A stretch of DNA of 64,000 bases from Eledone cirrhosa (GCA_964016885.1 CAXHJY010000552.1:27033-91032), one strand, 5' to 3'. Positions 38,940 to 51,390 are shown, counted from the first letter of the stretch. Translations and numbers: made by a program. Notes: generated from the sequence alone by a model not told the origin.

Positions 38940-39397
38940 TCCTATGACCCTTCAATCTCTTGAGCACTGCTGCATGAAGTAGTATCTATCTCCCTCTATT
39001 TCTGCAAAAAGTCTGAAATTTGATGGTCATGAAGTCTTTATTGGTCCATTCCATGATGTTATCTGCTCATTTTTCTTCTGATGTCCTTGCCTTCTTTTCC
39101 CACAAAGCTAAGACAAATATGATGATACAAAAACATCAGACTTAAAGCTAAACTAAAACTAATGAATCCTCTAGCCATCTCCATATTTTTATATGCCTAT
39201 GTGGAAAATACTGACATTTAAAATGAGATGCTACAGAAAAGTGGTGGACCTCTGCACAGAACACATAAGCAATGACAGCATTCACATAGCAATCAGACAT
39301 TTGGGCAACTACAAAGACTTTCTAACCACTGTAAAAGAAAGATAAATGAGATGGTCCAATCACATAAGATCTGATGGATTGAATAAGACCATCCTTT
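38940..39397. mobile_element. Old RTE/BovB-like LINE fragment with inverted 5' part
   Basis: Plus 39115-39397: KLKLM..ISIFLYA..FKMRCYRK..LTTVKER*MRWSNHI..NKTIL; minus 39105-38940: GKRRQGHQKK/*ADNIMEWT, the expected continuation. Confidence 0.65.
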
Positions 39398-39650
39398 TTA
39401 AATGTAGATACATGTAATGGAAATAAGCATAGTTGCATGGTTAAGAAGTTTGCTTTTCACTTACGTGTATCCAGTGTCTTCTGTCATAGTCTTCAGATTC
39501 TTAGATTGTCTTATACCTTATGAATGGAATTAGGTATATGGAAATGGCACTCCTGATCAACACAGGTCCCATAGTTACTATCATCAACATTAACTATGGA
39601 AGGATATTGAAAATATAATCTAAAATATATTGTCATTATTAAATGTCAAG

Positions 39651-40085
39651 ATAGGGCAATGAATTGGCAGTATCAGTAGAGGATTGGACAACATGCTTTG
39701 CAGTATAAAGTTACGGCCCTTTATGTTCTGAGTCCAAAACCCACCAAGATTAACTTTGCCTTTCATCCTTGCAGGGTTGATAAAATAAAGTACCAGTAAC
39801 GCACTGGGGTTGATTTAATTGACTTTCCCTTCCCTTTCAAATTGCTGGCCTCGTGCCTCAGTCAGAATCCATTATTAAATGTCATGTGAAATTTTTTTTA
39901 ATAATTGTTTCCACTTTTGGCACAAGGCCAGCAATTGCCCCAGTGGATTACTGGTGCTTTATTTTATCGATGAAAGGCAAAGTTAACCTCGGCAGGATTT
40001 GAACTCAGCATGTAAAGGGCCGTAACTCTATGCTTCAAAGCATGGTGCCTGACACTCCACCTATACTGCCAATCCACTACCCTAT
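39651..40085. mobile_element. Tail-to-tail SINE pair (39651-39877 +, 39901-40085 -)
   Basis: Both carry ttggcagtat...aactttgcctttcatc...gataaaataaag.accagtaa...gctggcct.gtgcc in opposite orientation. Confidence 0.85.
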
Positions 40086-40983
40086 CATTTGTATTGATAA
40101 TACAAATGAAAAATCAAAGTTGGGTACTCCTTTAAAATAACTGTTCCTGATATTTTATATATTATTTGTATTAATTATTTGCATTAATTATTTGCTAATT
40201 ATTTGCATTAATTATTTGCTAATTTAATTATGACGATATTGTATTACATGTTTCTTGGTGGTACCCAACTCTATGGCATCTCCTTTGCATTACTCCTATT
40301 GATATATATTTTTTTAATTTAATCTTGACATTCCATAATGAAAGTATTTATAGAATGGAATTATTCAATATTGAAAGAATTTAGCTTTTTGATTGTTTTC
40401 AATATCTATGTATAGTTAAAGTTGATGAAACTAAATTGATGAACCTATCAAGTTCACCAGTAGTGCCAATGGAAGTTGTGTGGAAGCCTCTTGTGTATTT
40501 GTGCAAGAAATTGATAAACTAGTATTTTCAATCAAAAATACCTGTCGTTTTTCTTCTACCCATGTCGTACAGATATTCCCTTGTAACTTTTGCCATTGCA
40601 AATACAATGAACTGTCATTTAATTACAATTTTTTTTTTTTTTAATTTGCAGTTTCCTTTTCTTTTATCACCTAAAAAGTTGCCAAAGTCTGGCATTGTAC
40701 ATTTTTCTATGTGTTTTTTTTCAAACAAGACTCACCATTTCTTTTAGTCCAATGACCTATTTTATTCAATGAGGATAAAAAGTCAGCCCATAGCATATAT
40801 AGAGTCTGGCAAGGCCTAATGAAGAAACAATTATGTATGTGTGTGTGTGTAGTTTTCGGCCTCTTTTGAGAAGTGTGGAGCATGAGGCTCACAACCTTAC
40901 CACCATTAATCAAAATTGTGACAGGCAACAAAACTCACCCAATGCTCCATAGAGAACAAAAGGAACTGAAGAAGATATATATA

Positions 40984-41124
40984 TCATCACTGATTAACGT
41001 CTATTTTTCCACGCTAGCATGGGTTTGACGGATTGTCCCATTGGGTCAGGTGACCATGTCTTACACAGAACTGTTTCTGGTTTGGTTTTTATGGCTGGAT
41101 GCCCTTCCTAACGCCAACCACTGT
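40984..41124 (-). mobile_element. RTE-type 3' tail
   Basis: tcatcactgattaacgtc...ccacgctagcatggg...ggctggatgcccttcctaacgccaacc, reverse complement of the tail at 48075-48215. Confidence 0.75.
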
Positions 41125-41878
41125 TACAATGTGGGCTGGTTGCTTTTTGTCATGACTCCTACACGACCCCTTCAGTGTGGACTGGGTGCTTTTTGTCATG
41201 ACTCCTACACGACCCCTTTACAGTGTGGGCTGGTTGCTTTTTGTCATGACTCCTACACGACCCCTTTACAGTGTGGGCTGGTTGCTTTTTGTCATGACTC
41301 CTACACGACCCATTTACAGTGTGGGCTGGTTGCTTTTTGTCATGACTCCTACATAACCACTTCAGTGTGGACTAGGTGCTTTTTGTCATGACTCCTACAC
41401 GACCCCTTTACAGTGTGGGCTGGGTGCTTTTTGTCATGACTCCTACATGACCCCTTTACAGTGTGGACTGGGTGCTTTTTGTCATGACTCCTACACGGCC
41501 CCTTTACAGTGTGGGCTGGTTGCTTTTTGTCATGACTCCTACACGACCCCTTTACAGTGTGGGCTGGTTGCTTTTTGTCATGACTCCTACACGACCCCTT
41601 TACAGTGTGGACTGGGTGCTTTTTGTCATGACTCCTACATAACCACTTCAGTGTGGACTAGGTGCTTTTTGTCATGACTCCTACACGACCCCTTTACAGT
41701 GTGGGCTGGGTGCTTTTTGTCATGGCTCCTACACGACCCCTTTACAGTGTGGACTGGGTGCTTTTTCTCATGACTCCTACACGACCACTTTACAGTGTGG
41801 GCTGGGTGCTTTTTGTCATGACTCCTACATGACCACTTTAAAGTGTGGGCTGTGTGCTTTTTGTCGTGACTCCTACAC
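41125..41878. repeat. 48-bp minisatellite, ~15-16 copies
   Basis: Unit TGTGGGCTGGTTGCTTTTTGTCATGACTCCTACACGACCCCTTTACAG; ACTCC at 41201, 41249, 41297. Confidence 0.97.
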
Positions 41879-42386
41879 TGATACTTTATTTATATATGTA
41901 AAATAAAATATCTAAAGTCTGTCTCAAGCCTGGAGATTCATTAAACCGGTGCTTACCCTAGTTTTCTTGTTAAGCAACTGAGAGTATGAGACTACCCATT
42001 AGACATGACGCCAGTCCATTGTAAGATATATAAGCGCGCACACTCACACACTCACACACAGCAAATTACCCAATTACCAATTACTTGGTTTTGTCTTATC
42101 ACCCACTGGTTATCTATAATGTTTTGCAACATGTAAATGCATATTGTAATTATTTGTGACTAATACATTATATTTCATAATTAATCACAATTATGGAGTT
42201 AATGTTAAAGCACAACAAAATTAGGAAGATTTTATTGTAAGAGGTAACATATACAAGAAATCGGCCATGCTCTGAAAATAGAGAAATTTTGCCCGTTTTT
42301 ACATTATAATTTATGAATTCTGAAACTTGTTCATTATATTTTATGTTTAAGTAAGTTGAGTTAACAGGTATCATTATTGGATTATT

Positions 42387-43066
42387 ATAGGGTGGTGGAT
42401 TGGCAGTATCGGTAAAGCGCCAGACACCATGCTTTGCAAGCACAGAGTTATGACCTTTTACGTTTTAAGTTCAACTCCCGCCGAGGTTAACTTTGCCTTT
42501 CATCCTTATGGAGTCGATAATATAAAGCACCAATAATGCACTGGGGTTGATTTAATCAACTTTTCCCTCCCTCAAATTGTTGGTCTTGTTACTAAAGTAG
42601 AAACAATTATTATTTGAAAATTTTGAAATTCCTTTAAATAAACATGTGATCAGAATCTTTATAATTTTAAAATTATCTCCTTTTTAAAGGATCAATTAAA
42701 CACATATCCTCTCAGGAGGCTATGAGGACTTCTCAACTTTGACACCTTTAACCTACAGGGAGTGTTATGCCCATGGACAGTCAAGTAGTTTCTAGTATAG
42801 ATCACTGCATCAGTACATTCAGACATTAGGAATAGTTTTATTACATTGGTGGGCTTAGATTGTGTGTCATAAGGAAAAATTGTTTCTACTTTTGGCACAA
42901 GGCCAGCAATTATCTCAGTGTATTACTGGTACTTTATTTTATCGACCCCGTGAGGATGAAAGGCAAAGTTAACCTCGGCGGGATTTGAACTCGGATGATA
43001 AAGGGCTGTAACTCTTTGCTTGCAAAGCATGGCGTCCGACCCTCTACCAATACTGCCAATCCACCG
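42387..43066. mobile_element. Tail-to-tail SINE pair (42387-42613 +, 42878-43066 -)
   Basis: ggtggattggcagtat...tcccgccgaggttaactttgcctttcatcct...gtcgataa present in both orientations. Confidence 0.88.
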
Positions 43067-43537
43067 TGTCATAGGGAATAATGTTATATATTTCTACATG
43101 TTGAATCCAATGTTTTCCAAATTTCGGTCACCCTTGGTTTTCTTGCTCCACCATACATACCTATCAATAATAATTAAAAAAAACAATGGGCAATTATCAA
43201 AATCAGTTCATTGGCAAAAAATACCGGATACCAATTATCTGCTGATTGATCAGCGCAACCATAATACACACACGTATGTATTTATGTGTGTGTGTGTGTG
43301 TATGCTATCTTTAACAACTTCAACGTATGTTTTGACAATGAAAAACAATGTAACAAGTTGGGCATATAGGCCTCTTGAGTTGGAAAAAATATTTGCACAA
43401 TACCAAGCATACAAATTTTTTTCCTTCTCCAGATTTTTATATGCGGACTATTTTTTATAGTCAAAACGTATGTTATAGCTATAAGTTAGGATAAATTCAA
43501 AATCCATAACCCACTCTATGGTTGTAAAAATAGATTT

Positions 43538-43572
<35 letters not shown>

Positions 43573-43907
43573 TTCCAGGACATTCAGATTCATGAAGAAA
43601 AGACACTTTTTTCAATTTTGAAGCAACATGAACAATAATTCAAAACTTGTGGAATCTACACCAAAACTTTAAGCTTATGAAGACAGAGATTCTTCCATTC
43701 TGCCTAAGGAATTTAATATACAGTACCTAAATTGACATCTAAAGCATCTGAGGATGGATGTACAATAAGCAATGTTGAATTGTAATGGACTTCTTCAACG
43801 GTAGGAAGTGTCTTATAATGTCAAATGTTGTCATCTGGTTTAATACTGTTGACAAGGCCTCAGTTGGCGACTGCCTTAATTATCAAACTATTTTATGTTC
43901 CTTTCAG

Positions 43908-43962
43908 CGACCTGACTAAATTGAGCTTAAAGCTACTACTGTATAGCTAAAACTTCACTCAG
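43908..43962 (+). other. Candidate 55-nt non-coding/poison exon
   Basis: Acceptor ttttatgttcctttcAG, donor CAG|GTAAGT; stops in all three frames. Confidence 0.35.
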
Positions 43963-44480
43963 GTAAGTGGATAGGATCAGGTATAACTGGCTGTGGATCG
44001 AATTTTTAATATGGCAGTATCACTGGTGCTGCAACAAATGGTTAATTGTTTATCGTCAATGTTTCTGCTAACATTGCCACACTACGTTTGGCCAGTTGCT
44101 AAGGTTTCGTTTGGTGCCAGTTGTTTCTCCAGTACTACTACTACTATTACTACTACTATATTTAGTGAGGCGTGGTTTCATTGGTGTGCGGGCGGTGGTG
44201 GTAGTTTTTGGGACTACGGTTTAATATCATTTCATGTCTTTTATTTACTTTTTTTTTTTTTTTTTTACAAATATTTTGTTGGATTATATACTAGCACACA
44301 TCCAGGCTTAGGTCTAAATACTAAAATGGGTTCTCTTAATCTTCAAATGAATTCTTTTGCTTCTTCGCTAATATATTCTAAAAGGTTGTGGGTTTATCTA
44401 TTAACCAAATTTTGCTTGTTTCTGCCCATCGAGAACGAAACCACTCTGCTTTTATGTAGTTTTTTTGTTTTTTTTTTGTC

Positions 44481-44665
44481 GATAACTGTTTTTCTACATA
44501 GATAACTCTTTTCTGTGTAGATAACCCTTTTCTGTGTAGATAAGTTTTTCTCCAGATATGGCTGTTTATCAATGAAGAAAACTTTTTTTCTGTGTGGATA
44601 ACTGTTTTTCTAGATAACCGGTTTTTGTTTGTTTGTTAGTTGTTTTTTTTTCATAGATAAATCTT
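44481..44665. repeat. Degenerate 19-20-bp tandem repeat (TAGATAACnnTTTTCTGTG)
   Basis: GATAA at 44481, 44501, 44520, 44539 and further decayed units. Confidence 0.7.
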
Positions 44666-45067
44666 TTTTTTAAAGTAGATACTTGTTAATAATTGTTTTT
44701 TTTTTTTTTTTTCTATTACTCCTTTTTTTCCTGTCAGCAATATCTTTTAGAAGCATTGGAAAAGTATTAAAATTCCAGCAGATTAAGATAAGCTAAATAA
44801 CCAAGTTATCAGATTAATCAATACAAATTACTGCCTCAAAAAGTTTCATGGTTGATAAACAGGCATGTATATATATATATATATATATATATATGGATGA
44901 GATGTTACTAGTTGTAACTAATAAGACTTAATATTCAAATCAGTACTCCATACTTAAGGAAAATAGTACAGATAGGATAGGAGGCCCAACAGCTAAGTGT
45001 AAACAGTTTCAATGGAATAAAAACAGTTTATACTCAACTGTCAGACATTCTATAATAATAATAATAA

Positions 45068-46566
45068 TTTTTTATTTGCCACAAGGGCATCAAATGAAGA
45101 GATTACAAAGACAAGTTACAACATGAAGATTGGGGTTTACATTGGGGTAACAAGTATTTATTATATACAAATTAAGTATACGCTATACAATTATATGACA
45201 TTCAGTCTTCCTGGTACAGAGAGTTGAATACCTAAGGCTAATTGAGGAAACCCACAGATCCACAATCACCTTGACCATCAAGGGTGAGTGCCCTCTCCGA
45301 ACTATCATTGTCTGGCTTACAGGCACAAGCTGAGAGTAGAATCATTTTCGTTACTTTAACCCTCTTCTTTTTGTAAATTTCTGGAGGAGAGCACCCCTTT
45401 TCCACCCTCACCTTCTTTTCCAGGTGAAACTTGAAAATGTGGGTGAGAGTCTTGTCCACCACACAATCTCTTTCACCATAGCCACCAGACATAAGAAAAC
45501 TGCTGACACTTTGCTGTTAAAGAAGAGTGTTGGGTGACTTTCATGATAAGCTTAGTCAATAGCTGGATCCTTCCTACACAAGTCAGCAATGCATGGGCAC
45601 CAAACAAGTACCTGCAGAACAGTTTTGTTGCTCTGCCCACATCTCAGACAGGCCTGTTTAAAAGCACTTCCATTCTTGTACAATTTATCTTGAACTGACA
45701 ATGCACCACCAGGCCAGAGTTTTCTGAAGGTTATCCAGTCTTCAGACCAATAGTATCCCCACCACAGTCCAGATGATTTGTTCTTATCAAAACCCAAGAT
45801 TTCCCTGGGAATGACATCACACTTTCCCTCCATTAATCCTCTGTAGATCACTAATGTGGAACTTCCACCAATTACAATGCCTGACTGGTAGAGAACTGTA
45901 AGTGCCTGATGACATTCTAGATGTTAAGCACCCTGCCATGGTCTTTTGTTCAACCAGGAAAAGTGTGTCTGACAAAAAGTGACCACTCCCGCTCGCTCAC
46001 TGTCCAGGAATTTCTGCAAGTTCTGCCACCTCAATGCTTGTTTGTACATCAACAGCCACAGCATGCCAAGTCCATTGTATAGTGGGTGAATATTGGCAAC
46101 AGATAGACCATCTGACTAGTGGGACACATCCTTTCCACAAGAAGTGAAAGAGTAGATGCTCCAATTTGGTTGAAGAAGGCAGAAAGGTCAGACAATAAAT
46201 GATAATGAAGGTGATGTAAGCATTCACCACCTCTGCCTGACCTTTCATGGATAGCTTCCTCTTGAACTATTTCTGAGTGATACTAGCCACCCTTCTTGTA
46301 ACCTCATCCCAGTTCCTGTTTCCCTGGAGGTTTGGATCAAACCAGATCCCAAGCAGTTTAACTAGTCTGTTGGTCCAGCACTCCATGACACTCTCCAGGT
46401 GCCAAGCCACAAACCTAGTGTCTTGTTCTTTACTCATGCCGCCACCTCTAATTCCGTTGTCTCATACCATTACTGTGACATAATTTGCATATACCCACAC
46501 TGCTTGCTTGTGTCTGAGTTCAAAAGAGATGCCCCTCAACAGCTCTAGCTCCCATAGCAATGGTTG
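45068..46566 (-). mobile_element. Old 5'-truncated Tx1-like LINE copy
   Basis: Same 3' end as the intact element (tttatttgccac.agggca); fragments MKGQAEVVNAYI, FHFLWKGCVPLVRWSICCQ, GALSVQDKLY, CLRCGQ align by eye to ORF2 30704..33907. Confidence 0.85.
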
Positions 46567-46619
46567 ATTTGGCAGAATCTTTAGAGCATTGGATATTTGT
46601 ACCTGCTCAACATTTCATG

Positions 46620-47050
46620 TGCCGTGTCTATCAGCAGCTTTAGGGGCCGACATTTCAAATCTGTCCTGAGCCTATTACCAGCTTTGGGGGCTTACATTTT
46701 GCATCTGGCTTGAGCCTGTTACCATCTTTAGCATGGGCCTATTATCAGCATTGTGGGCCTACATTCCATACCTGCAGTGGGCCTAATTCCAGATTGGGTG
46801 GAGGTGAGGGGTGCAGGGGAAATACATTTTTTATCCACTCTAGGCTTATTACCAGCTTTGTAAGTCGATATTTTACATCTGGCCTGAACCTATTATCAGC
46901 TATGGAGGCTTGCATTTCACAACTGCCCTGGGTATATTACCATGTTTGGGGAGCCTACATTATACATTTGCCATGAGCCTCTTACCATCTTTGGGGCCCT
47001 ACATTTCACATTTGATCTGAGCCTATCACCAGCTTTGCATGGGCCTGGTG
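46620..47050. repeat. Degenerate ~40-bp tandem repeat (gagcctattaccagctttggggg..tacatttcacatctgg); reverse-oriented relatives at 52480-52620
   Basis: Recurrent gcctattaccagct / acattt.acatctg motifs. Confidence 0.6.
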
Positions 47051-47209
47051 AGTATTTATGTACTTCATCTCATAGAATACCAACAGTCTATTTTCAATTA
47101 TTCTGATACTACTGTTTCCTTTCCCCGAAATATGCAGCCCTTCTATGTAATTAAATGGTGTATTGCTCTTTTATCCTAACATTCATTTTTAGTTTTTATT
47201 GAGATATAT

Positions 47210-48214
47210 GAATACTAGCTCATTCCATTGCCCAGATGGTTCTATAGAAATAGTGGACACCTTCCGTTACCTGGGTGACAAAATCAGCAGTGGTGGAGGG
47301 TGCTCCGAAAGTACTGTAGCTAGAGTCCGAACGGGATGGAAAAAGTTCAGAGAGCTTATACCACTATTGGCCGCTAAGGGTTTCTCTCTAAAAATGAAGG
47401 CCAGGCTGTATGATGCCTGCATACGAACAGCGATGTTACATGGCAGTGAGACATGGGCCTTGTGTGCAGAGGATCTACGCAAACTGGAGAGGAACAAAGC
47501 TTGCATGCTCCATTGGATGTGTAATAGTAATATACGCGAACGGCAAAGCATAAATGAACTAAGTGAGAAATTAGGAATAAGAGGGATCAGATGCTGTTTA
47601 ATCAAGAGAAGACTGCGTTGGTATGGTCACCTGATGCACATGAAAGATGACAGCTGTATAAAAAAGTGCAGGGCGATCAAAATAGACGGTAGCTACGGAG
47701 TAGGCAGACCCAGAAAAACCTGGGACAACTTGATAAAATCCGACCTCACACACTTACACCTCTCCAAGACAATGTCACTGGACCGAGATCTTTGGCGCTA
47801 CGTAGTAATACAGAAGACCCGCCTTGCCTAAGTACAAAGCGAAACCTACAGTCAGTAGGCACCTCTTAACCAAAATACACCCCCGTCCCACTAACCCTAC
47901 CCCCACTGCCATCTACACCACCCCTTTCGATGTAAAGCTATGTTGGTACCACAACATCCAGTCCTAAATAAATGAGGTTGTGTATGTGTCACGACAAAAA
48001 AACACACAGTCCACGCTGTAATGTGGCCGCGTAGGTAACACAGTAAAAACCTCCCAGTCCACACTGTAAACGGGGTTGGTGTTAGGAAGGGCATCCATCC
48101 ATAGAAAACCTGCCAGACAGTCCTGAGCAAGACAACCAATCTTGCCTCATGTGGGACAATTCCTGTCCAGACCCATGCTAGCGTGAAGAATGGACGTTAA
48201 ACGATGATGATGAT
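47210..48214 (+). mobile_element. 5'-truncated RTE-clade LINE (ORF C-terminus + 3' UTR + (GAT)n tail)
   Basis: FRYLGD, ARVRTGWKKF, MLHGSETW, RRLRWYGH, GRPRKTW motifs; ends ggacgttaaacgatgatgatgat. Confidence 0.92.
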
Positions 48215-48751
48215 ATATACGTTTTCTTTCCTTGAAAGTAAACTATAATCGGTGTTTTGTTAACCCTTTTGTTATCATATTTCTAATGAAAAACACTACA
48301 TATGATTTTCAAGTCATTTTTAAAATAATCAAGAATTTGGAGGGAGATAGTAATGAAACTAACTTTCTCATTATTAAGCTGGTGTTTGAAGCATAACTTA
48401 AAAGTTTCTTAAATAAAATTGTTAAAAGGTTTTTTGTTTTTTTTTAGATAAATATAAACATATTTATCTTAGACTCAGGGGTAGTTTCAGGTGGTTTTGT
48501 ATTGAAAGGGTTAAATAATGATACCTCTAAATACACGAACTATGAATTACAAGCAGACACTGTTGCAGATATAAATTCTAAATTACCTGGATTTGTGCTA
48601 GTTTTTAACAATTTCAGGTGAAAGCGGGCTTATTGTAGCATTAATTCAATCCAACTGGTTTTATTTTTCTCACCCCAACCACTTTTTTTTAACCTGAATC
48701 TCTTCTGATAGGTTTTTATGAATTTCTTCTTTTTTTTTTTCCTTATTGTAG

Positions 48752-48967
48752 ATGGAATTTTTCACTAGAGAACCAAATCCTTGTACCGTTCTTGATGGAG
48801 AAGATGGCATCCTGTTTGTGTATTACCCAGATGGTCGCTCAACCGGAGACGCCTTTGTTTTATTTAGTTCAGAAGAAGAAGCTTCAAAGGCCCTAAAGAA
48901 ACATCGTGATACAATGGGGACACGCTACATAGAGCTGTTCAAAAGTACTATGGCTGAGGTACAGCAG
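48752..48967 (+). CDS. ESRP1: ESRP/fusilli-family RNA-binding protein, internal exon (qRRM2 C-terminal part)
   Basis: [20 protein letters not shown]...ALKKH...[16 protein letters not shown] is the ESRP1/2-fusilli qRRM2 signature; pyrimidine tract+AG at 48750-51, CAG|GTAAGT; 216 nt, phase 0-0. Symbol denotes family (ESRP1/2, fus). Confidence 0.95.
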
Positions 48968-49169
48968 GTAAGTTATCTCACCCTTAGTCAATCAATAATA
49001 AATCTTGCATAACTGATCACATGCAAATAGGTTAGGTTGCTGTTGTACAAAGAAATCATTTACAATGTGATTCATACTTATCTCTCAATACCCTGTAACA
49101 TATTAAACTTCAATAGTAAGACTTCTTTTTTAAGTATAAAACACTGATTGCATCAGATTAAAAAATTGA

Positions 49170-49518
49170 AGTCACATGGCTTAGTGGTTAGAGCATTGGC
49201 CTTGCAATCGAAAGGTTGTGAGTTCAATTCTCAGACCAGGTGATGTGTTGTTTCCTTGAGCAAGACACTTTATTTCACATTGCTCCAGTTTACTCAGCTG
49301 TAGAAATGAGATGATAGGGACTGCAAAGTGGTCGTGGAGGTGCCACAGCAAAAAAACACCCAGCCCACACTGTAAAGTGGACGTGTAAGCATCACAGAAA
49401 AAAAGCACCCAGCCCTCACTGTAATGAGGTTGGTGTCAGGAAGGGCATCTAGCTGTAGAAATCAAGCCAGAATCAGTTCCCGTCCCACCCTTGCAAGCAG
49501 GGAAAAGCGGATGATGAA
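49170..49518 (+). mobile_element. tRNA-headed SINE with CORE-like body and RTE-type tail
   Basis: A/B boxes TGGCTTAGTGG / GAGTTCAATTC; ccttgagcaagacacttt...ctcagctgtagaaatg; tail ggtgtcaggaagggcatc...gatgatga. Confidence 0.88.
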
Positions 49519-49924
49519 GTCTTTACTTTCAATCCAATCCCTTCCAGGGCCTTCTTACTCCTGTTGGACCACAGTTGACCTCCACTGTTTTCTGTTTTGT
49601 GTGGGTCAAGTCAAGGATGCAACCGTTCTCGCCACAATTAGCCAATTGCGGGTTGGTGAGACTATTCAACTAATAGTTGGCAACTAAACCCCCACGAGGG
49701 TCTGGTGGGGAGTGGGTTTAGTTGCCAACCACTCGATTATGAAGCAAGTTGTACTGGGTTACATGGTACCAGTAGCAGACAGAAGCATGATCTGAACACT
49801 TTACTTTAGTTTACTGCAAATTTTCACAATTTTCTGTTCACTACTAAAGATACTAAAAACATTTGAATTAACAAACCCATTTTAGGTATTTTCTACTAAA
49901 TCATTACAGGATGTTAAGAGTCAG

Positions 49925-50212
49925 TATGTGGATCTCCATCAGTTCCTATGAGTTTTCCAGTTGTTCTATCTATGAAACAGTTTGCTCATGAAATTAACGT
50001 CCGGGTGGCTAAGCATTCCACAGATATGAGTACCTTTACTGTAGTTCTCAGGGAGATTCAGTGTGACAAGACTGACCATTTTAATTACAGGCGCAACTGG
50101 AACAATGTGAAATAAAGTGTCTTGCTCAAGGACACAACACATCACCAAGAATTGAACTCATGACCTTACAATCATAAGCTGAACACCCTAACCACAAGGC
50201 TACAGTCCTTCA
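49925..50212 (-). mobile_element. SINE
   Basis: aatgtgaaataaagtgtcttgctcaaggacacaacac...gaattgaactca is the reverse complement of the 49170 SINE head/body. Confidence 0.75.
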
Positions 50213-50650
50213 TACACACTTAATAAAAACCTGATAAAACACAAGAAGATGAATGTTTTACATTTACTTTTAAACTTCTGTGAAAAGTAACTGGTAAATT
50301 CCTACTGAAATTAAAATAAAATATTTCATGAGAACTGGTTTAAACTGGTGGTTGTCAACCTATCTGATAAGGAAAACTGACACGTTTGTTACCCAAAGTA
50401 GTAGAACTGGTACATTTAGTATAATACTATCTCTTCAATTTCATTTGCCCAATTTGGTACACAAATTGAAAATTTCATACCAAATTAAGAATACCTGTAT
50501 CTATGGTTAGTTGACAAAGTCTCATGTTTTCATGCATTTTAATGTCATAGAACATCATATCAATGAATTAACTGCCTGCTAAATAAAAAATATAATTTGC
50601 ATACTGGTTTAATAAAGACTGCCGGTATACTTGTAAAATATAAAGCAATA

Positions 50651-50890
50651 TAGTGTACCCCTAAAGTATTGACCAGTAGTGTACCCCTAAATTATTGACC
50701 AGTAGTGTACCCTTAAAATATTGACCGGTAGTTTACCCCTAAAATATTGCCCAGTAGAGTACCCCCATAAGGATTGACCACTGGTGTACCTCTAAAGTGT
50801 ACCTTTAAAATATAGGCCAGTAGAGCACCTTTAAAATATAGGCCAGTAGAGCACCCCTAAAATATAGACCACCAGTGTACCATAAAATAA
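50651..50890. repeat. 26-bp minisatellite (AGTAGTGTACCCCTAAAATATTGACC), ~8 decayed copies
   Basis: GACC at 50671, 50697, 50723. Confidence 0.85.
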
Positions 50891-51195
50891 CAAATTACAA
50901 CTTTTGTTATTCAGCACACATTACAAAATGTTTAATTTTTAGCAAAATTTGCCTGTGTGTGTGTGCATGCATAAATGCATGTAAGCATGCATGTACATGT
51001 GTGTATACATGCATGTATCACTGTATGTATGCATGCATGTACACGTGTATGTATGTATATGGATAAGGTCCATTAAAGAAAAACCTATTTAAGAGAATTT
51101 TCTATGTTAGAGAGTACATAACACTGCAAATAATTGTGATGAATTTTTACCAATGAACATTTGAACTTACTCCAAGTTTTAATATTCAGATTACC

Positions 51196-51390
51196 TAGGG
51201 TGGTGGATTGGCAGAATTGGATAAAATGCCATAGTGGTATTTGTTCTGGATTTTTATATTCCAAGTACAAATCCCGCCACAGTCAACTTTGCATTTCATC
51301 CTTTCGATGTTGATAAAATAAAGTACAGTCAGGTATTCTTTGTCCTTCTCCCAAATTTTCTGGCCTTAAGCCTAAATTAGAAATTAATAT
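51196..51390 (+). mobile_element. SINE (family of 39651/42387)
   Basis: agggtggtggattggcag...caactttgcatttcatcctttcgatgttgataaaataaagtac. Confidence 0.75.

Noticed and set aside
40170-40228. Short ttaattatttgc duplications
   Set aside because: Ordinary slippage in AT-rich intron.
41125-41878. CRISPR-like regular repeat
   Set aside because: Units are contiguous with no unique spacers, no cas genes, eukaryotic context.
43993-44505. 170-aa plus-strand ORF
   Set aside because: Low-complexity (poly-T, ACT repeats), no domain or splice support.
49170-49245. tRNA gene
   Set aside because: Only A/B boxes retained, anticodon stem does not pair, continues into a SINE body present in several copies.
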